DNA of 64,000 bases from Candidatus Dormiibacterota bacterium. GTDB taxonomy: Bacteria > Chloroflexota > Dormibacteria > Aeolococcales > Aeolococcaceae. Position numbers and translations under genes: made by a program. Under the pieces are notes generated by a model. It saw nothing but the letters and a program-made list of their open reading frames with translations, ran no database searches and had not been told where the DNA came from. The stretch spans positions 140,748 through 204,747 of the forward strand of contig CAVPTG010000013.1 of the NCBI GenBank assembly GCA_963708605.1, written 5' to 3'. This document shows positions 61,138 to 64,000 of the stretch, one piece after another. Numbering within the stretch: the stretch's first letter is position 1; the number at the start of each line of letters is the position of its first letter.

Positions 61138-61686
61138 CTACTGTCTCGGCTCGTACCGCATCGCCACAGCCCCGGAGCCGAACTCGAGCCGGCTCACGAG
61201 CTTCAGGTCGACATGCTTGGACAGCCCTGCGAACAACGTCGGCCCGTGGCCCGCGAGCCTGGGATGCACCACGATCTCGTACTCATCAATCAGTCCCAAC
61301 TCCGTCAACGCCAATGGGAGCTTCACACCTCCCACGAACAGTCCCTTGGCCGACTGCGCCTTGAGTTGCTGAACGGCCTTACCCAGGTCCCCGCGCAGGA
61401 GTTCCGCGTTCCAATCGACCTGCTCCAATGTGCTCGACACGACGTATTTCTTTGCCGCGTTGATCGTTTGGGCAAAGGGTTCCATCCAATCAGGTCTCGC
61501 TCCCGTAGCCGCCGGCGGCCGCCACGCTGATTCCATCATTTCGAAGGTCACCCGGCCGAAGAGCAGTGCGTCGGCCTGGTTGAGGTTCTCCGCTGCGTGA
61601 CGATGCAATTCTTCGTCCGGGGGGATCGCACGATGATCGCAGCACCCGTCCAATGTCACGTTGATGGAGTATCGAAGGGGACCCAC
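61138..61686 (-). CDS. Dihydrofolate reductase-like (RibD C-terminal domain) protein
   Basis: YSINVTLDG...LLFGRVTFE...GGVKL motifs. Confidence 0.8.
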   Translation of the reverse strand: MGPLRYSINVTLDGCCDHRAIPPDEELHRHAAENLNQADALLFGRVTFEMMESAWRPPAATGARPDWMEPFAQTINAAKKYVVSSTLEQVDWNAELLRGDLGKAVQQLKAQSAKGLFVGGVKLPLALTELGLIDEYEIVVHPRLAGHGPTLFAGLSKHVDLKLVSRLEFGSGAVAMRYEPRQ

Positions 61687-62352
61687 TTCGGAAGGGTACT
61701 GCCAACCGTTGATGCGGCTTCATCCTCCAGACGAACTCTCCTGCCATCGAATGATCACGCTGCGATTCCTGCAAGGCTCAGGACCGCCGGCTGGTTCGTC
61801 GTCCATCGTCGGACTCTGCAGTAGCCCGGTAGTACGCGACGGCAGCGCGAAAGGCTACACAGCGATAGCATCAGGGAATGAGGCGTTTCCTTGTCCACGT
61901 CCTTCGGGTGGCCTCCGTGCCGGTGGGAGTTGCGGGCGGTCTCGGGGCCGCGGCGGCGGGGGTTGGAATCGGTCTCTGGACGGCGCAACTGCAGTCGCTT
62001 CAACAATGCCCGCCCTTCGTCCGGTGCCCCACTCCTCATGACCTCGTACTGCAGCCCACATTCACCGCGTGGCAATGCGCCCTGTTCGGTGCGGGTGCGG
62101 CGGTCGTCGTGCTTCTCCTGGTCTACGTGGTCGCGCGACTGCCGTTGACAAGGGTACCCAAGGCCGCCTAAGCGGATTTGCAAAGCTGAGTGTCAGCCTA
62201 CAGCGGGCACCTGACGGACCAGCGCTGTCCCAAGCTCCGTTGCTGCGCCGCCCGGCGACGTGTGCCGGCCCGCACATGCAGCATCCTGCGAATCCTGACA
62301 TCCGGGGTGGTGCGGGACAACCTCGTGGCCCACGCGAGCATCCGCGAGTGCA

Positions 62353-63813
62353 CTACTTCGCCCCAACTCCCTCAACGACGTCGATCTCCGACGGATCGCC
62401 GAGGACCATCCAAATGTCGCCTGCTCCATCGGAAGCCACTAGATTCGGCTTCTGCGCGCAGAGCTCAGCTGGATTCGATGTTGGTGCGGCGGTAAACCCA
62501 GGCGGGATCGAGATCGAGGATGGGCCTGAGCAGGCGACGCGCGGAAAGCGCAAATCGACGGTCGCTCCGCTCGACACGCTCGCGACGAGCACGCCGTCCC
62601 ACCCCTCCATCATGAGATCTCCGTTTGGGAGGATCCCGAGCGCGCTGATCTCTATCGGAGAAGGCTTGATCGCCGGGACGAACGGCACCGCCGCGGTGAC
62701 CTGCGCGTGAGCGTTGAAGACAACCATCTGGTTGGCGACGCTGACGAACTGGGTGCCGGTGCTCACCAGGTTCCAGACATCGACCAATTGACTCTCGCTG
62801 CGAGCACCGCTGGGCGTGAAGGTCACCACCCTGTCGCGGTGATGCGTGTTGTAGTCAGTGAGCGATACCCCGAGAGTGCCATCAGCAAGATACGCAACGT
62901 CCTCGGGCACGGTGTTCGTTGGCAGGGACCGATCAACAAAACGTCCGGCATGGAACACCACCACCTGGTCGGCATCCAGAATCGCCAGAGCTACCGTGTC
63001 GGTTCCCGTGACGGCGACGGCGGTTATAGAATGCGTTCCCTTGGCAAATGGGGGGTTATACGCCTCGGCTGCGGCGCTATCGCCAGGAGTGGGAACCCGA
63101 TAGTTCGTCACCGCTCCCGTGGTTGGGTTGAGATGGATCAGCACCATATTGATTCCAGCCCAAACCGTCCCGTCGCTCGCCACGGCGATCCCGCCGTCGA
63201 CGCCGAGCGGATAGTAGGCATGGAGCGAGAAAACGCGATCCTGGCTGCGATTGACGCTGACGAAGACAATCGACGCGGCTCCGTCACTGCCGGTCACGAA
63301 CCACACTCCTCGGCGCTTCGGATCGGGCCCGAAAAAAGAGGGAGGTTGGCTGTTGGCCGGGACGGTGTAGACGACTTTGGGCGTCACCGCCGGTCCTGCC
63401 GCCGTTGGCACTGGGGAAGGCGTCGCGTGATGAGCCGGAACGCTCGGCATCGTGGGCGCACTCCCGCTGTGGCGGAACACGAGCATCGAGCCACCCAGGA
63501 CTGCCGCGACGAGAACCGCCACCGCGATACCCACGCCGACACTACGGAGCAGGCGGCCGGATTCCTGTCGACCGGGCGCCGCGTGGATCTCCGTATGGCG
63601 TGTGACGGGCGACTCCTCTGGGCGAACGACGCGCTCACGCACGGCGTGATCCTGGGGTCCTGCGGCTTGCGACCCAGCGATCACTGTCGCGCTGGAGGTG
63701 AGGTCACGACGCCGCGCGTGAACCAAGGTCAGCAGCTGCTCGGTCGGCATCACCTCACTGTCGGGCATTGCCAGCGCAGTAGCGATCTGCATGTCGAACG
63801 AGTTGTCTGTCAT
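62353..63813 (-). CDS. Anti-sigma factor candidate: cytoplasmic N-terminus, one TM helix, extracytoplasmic beta-propeller-like domain
   Basis: ATG at 63813 overlaps the stop of the upstream ECF sigma gene (ATGA). TM helix LLRSVGVGIAVAVLVAAVLGG. Confidence 0.5.
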   Translation of the reverse strand: MTDNSFDMQIATALAMPDSEVMPTEQLLTLVHARRRDLTSSATVIAGSQAAGPQDHAVRERVVRPEESPVTRHTEIHAAPGRQESGRLLRSVGVGIAVAVLVAAVLGGSMLVFRHSGSAPTMPSVPAHHATPSPVPTAAGPAVTPKVVYTVPANSQPPSFFGPDPKRRGVWFVTGSDGAASIVFVSVNRSQDRVFSLHAYYPLGVDGGIAVASDGTVWAGINMVLIHLNPTTGAVTNYRVPTPGDSAAAEAYNPPFAKGTHSITAVAVTGTDTVALAILDADQVVVFHAGRFVDRSLPTNTVPEDVAYLADGTLGVSLTDYNTHHRDRVVTFTPSGARSESQLVDVWNLVSTGTQFVSVANQMVVFNAHAQVTAAVPFVPAIKPSPIEISALGILPNGDLMMEGWDGVLVASVSSGATVDLRFPRVACSGPSSISIPPGFTAAPTSNPAELCAQKPNLVASDGAGDIWMVLGDPSEIDVVEGVGAK

Positions 63814-64000
63814 GAGCTGTCTCCCAGAGGGTCTGCGGACGCGCTGACGATCCCGCGATCGCGTAGGTGGCGGTGGAGTTGGTGCCGAGCCCGCGCCAGC
63901 CGTGACTTCACGGTACCAACGGGGCATCCCAGCGCCTCTGCGGTCTCCTGCTCGCTCATTTCGAGTACCAGGCGCATGGTGACGACGGCGCGGTCACGCG
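63810..64000 (-). CDS. ECF-type RNA polymerase sigma factor, 3' portion; gene continues beyond window end
   Basis: Region 4 motif LVLEMSEQETAEALGCPVGTVKSRLARARHQL. Confidence 0.8.
   Translation of the reverse strand, partial: RDRAVVTMRLVLEMSEQETAEALGCPVGTVKSRLARARHQLHRHLRDRGIVSASADPLGDSS

Noticed and set aside
1-64000. CRISPR arrays, transposases/IS elements, toxin-antitoxin pairs
   Set aside because: No regularly spaced direct repeats and no transposase- or TA-like ORFs were detected on either strand.

Overview
High-GC actinobacterial-type chromosomal segment: mycothiol-pathway markers (MshB/Mca-like deacetylase, TIGR03086-like protein), an H+-translocating pyrophosphatase, and ECF sigma/anti-sigma and OmpR-type regulators are present. 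Gene density is high on both strands and mostly housekeeping or envelope-related. Recognisable content includes: RNase HII, an FmdB-family zinc-ribbon protein, a complete kdpFABC K+-ATPase operon, a phospholipase C/acid phosphatase family enzyme, tRNA-Met(CAT), dCMP deaminase, ATP-dependent DNA ligase, an HD-domain dNTPase-like protein, Mrp/ApbC, a GlcD-like FAD oxidase, a VIT-family transporter, H+-PPase, CspA, an acyl-CoA dehydrogenase/MaoC/SDR/EtfBA beta-oxidation cluster, asparaginase, a LysM-CHAP hydrolase, a hybrid histidine kinase plus OmpR regulator, GT2 and pyruvyl-transferase-like envelope genes, cyclophilin, an acyltransferase-3 protein, and a partial ECF sigma with its anti-sigma. 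Three observations stand out. (1) KdpD appears disassembled: its domains are spread over four or five separate genes around kdpFABC, including a tandem [KdpD-N+USP]x2 cytoplasmic protein. (2) Two very large secreted proteins, a 1597-aa PQQ-propeller/S8-subtilase/IPT protein and a 1040-aa protein, each end in three copies of an unrecognised ~125-140-aa repeat (R-x-CDTR ... YNAxG ... D-x-x-G-W-F-Q). This looks like a new cell-surface anchoring module; a CHAP-domain protein with seven W-rich propeller-like repeats lies between them. (3) At least six conserved genes show frame discontinuities, suggesting indel errors or pseudogenisation; all calls around them are provisional. No CRISPR arrays, integrases or transposases were seen. 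Note that the supplied ORF track translates alternative start codons (GTG, TTG) as M.
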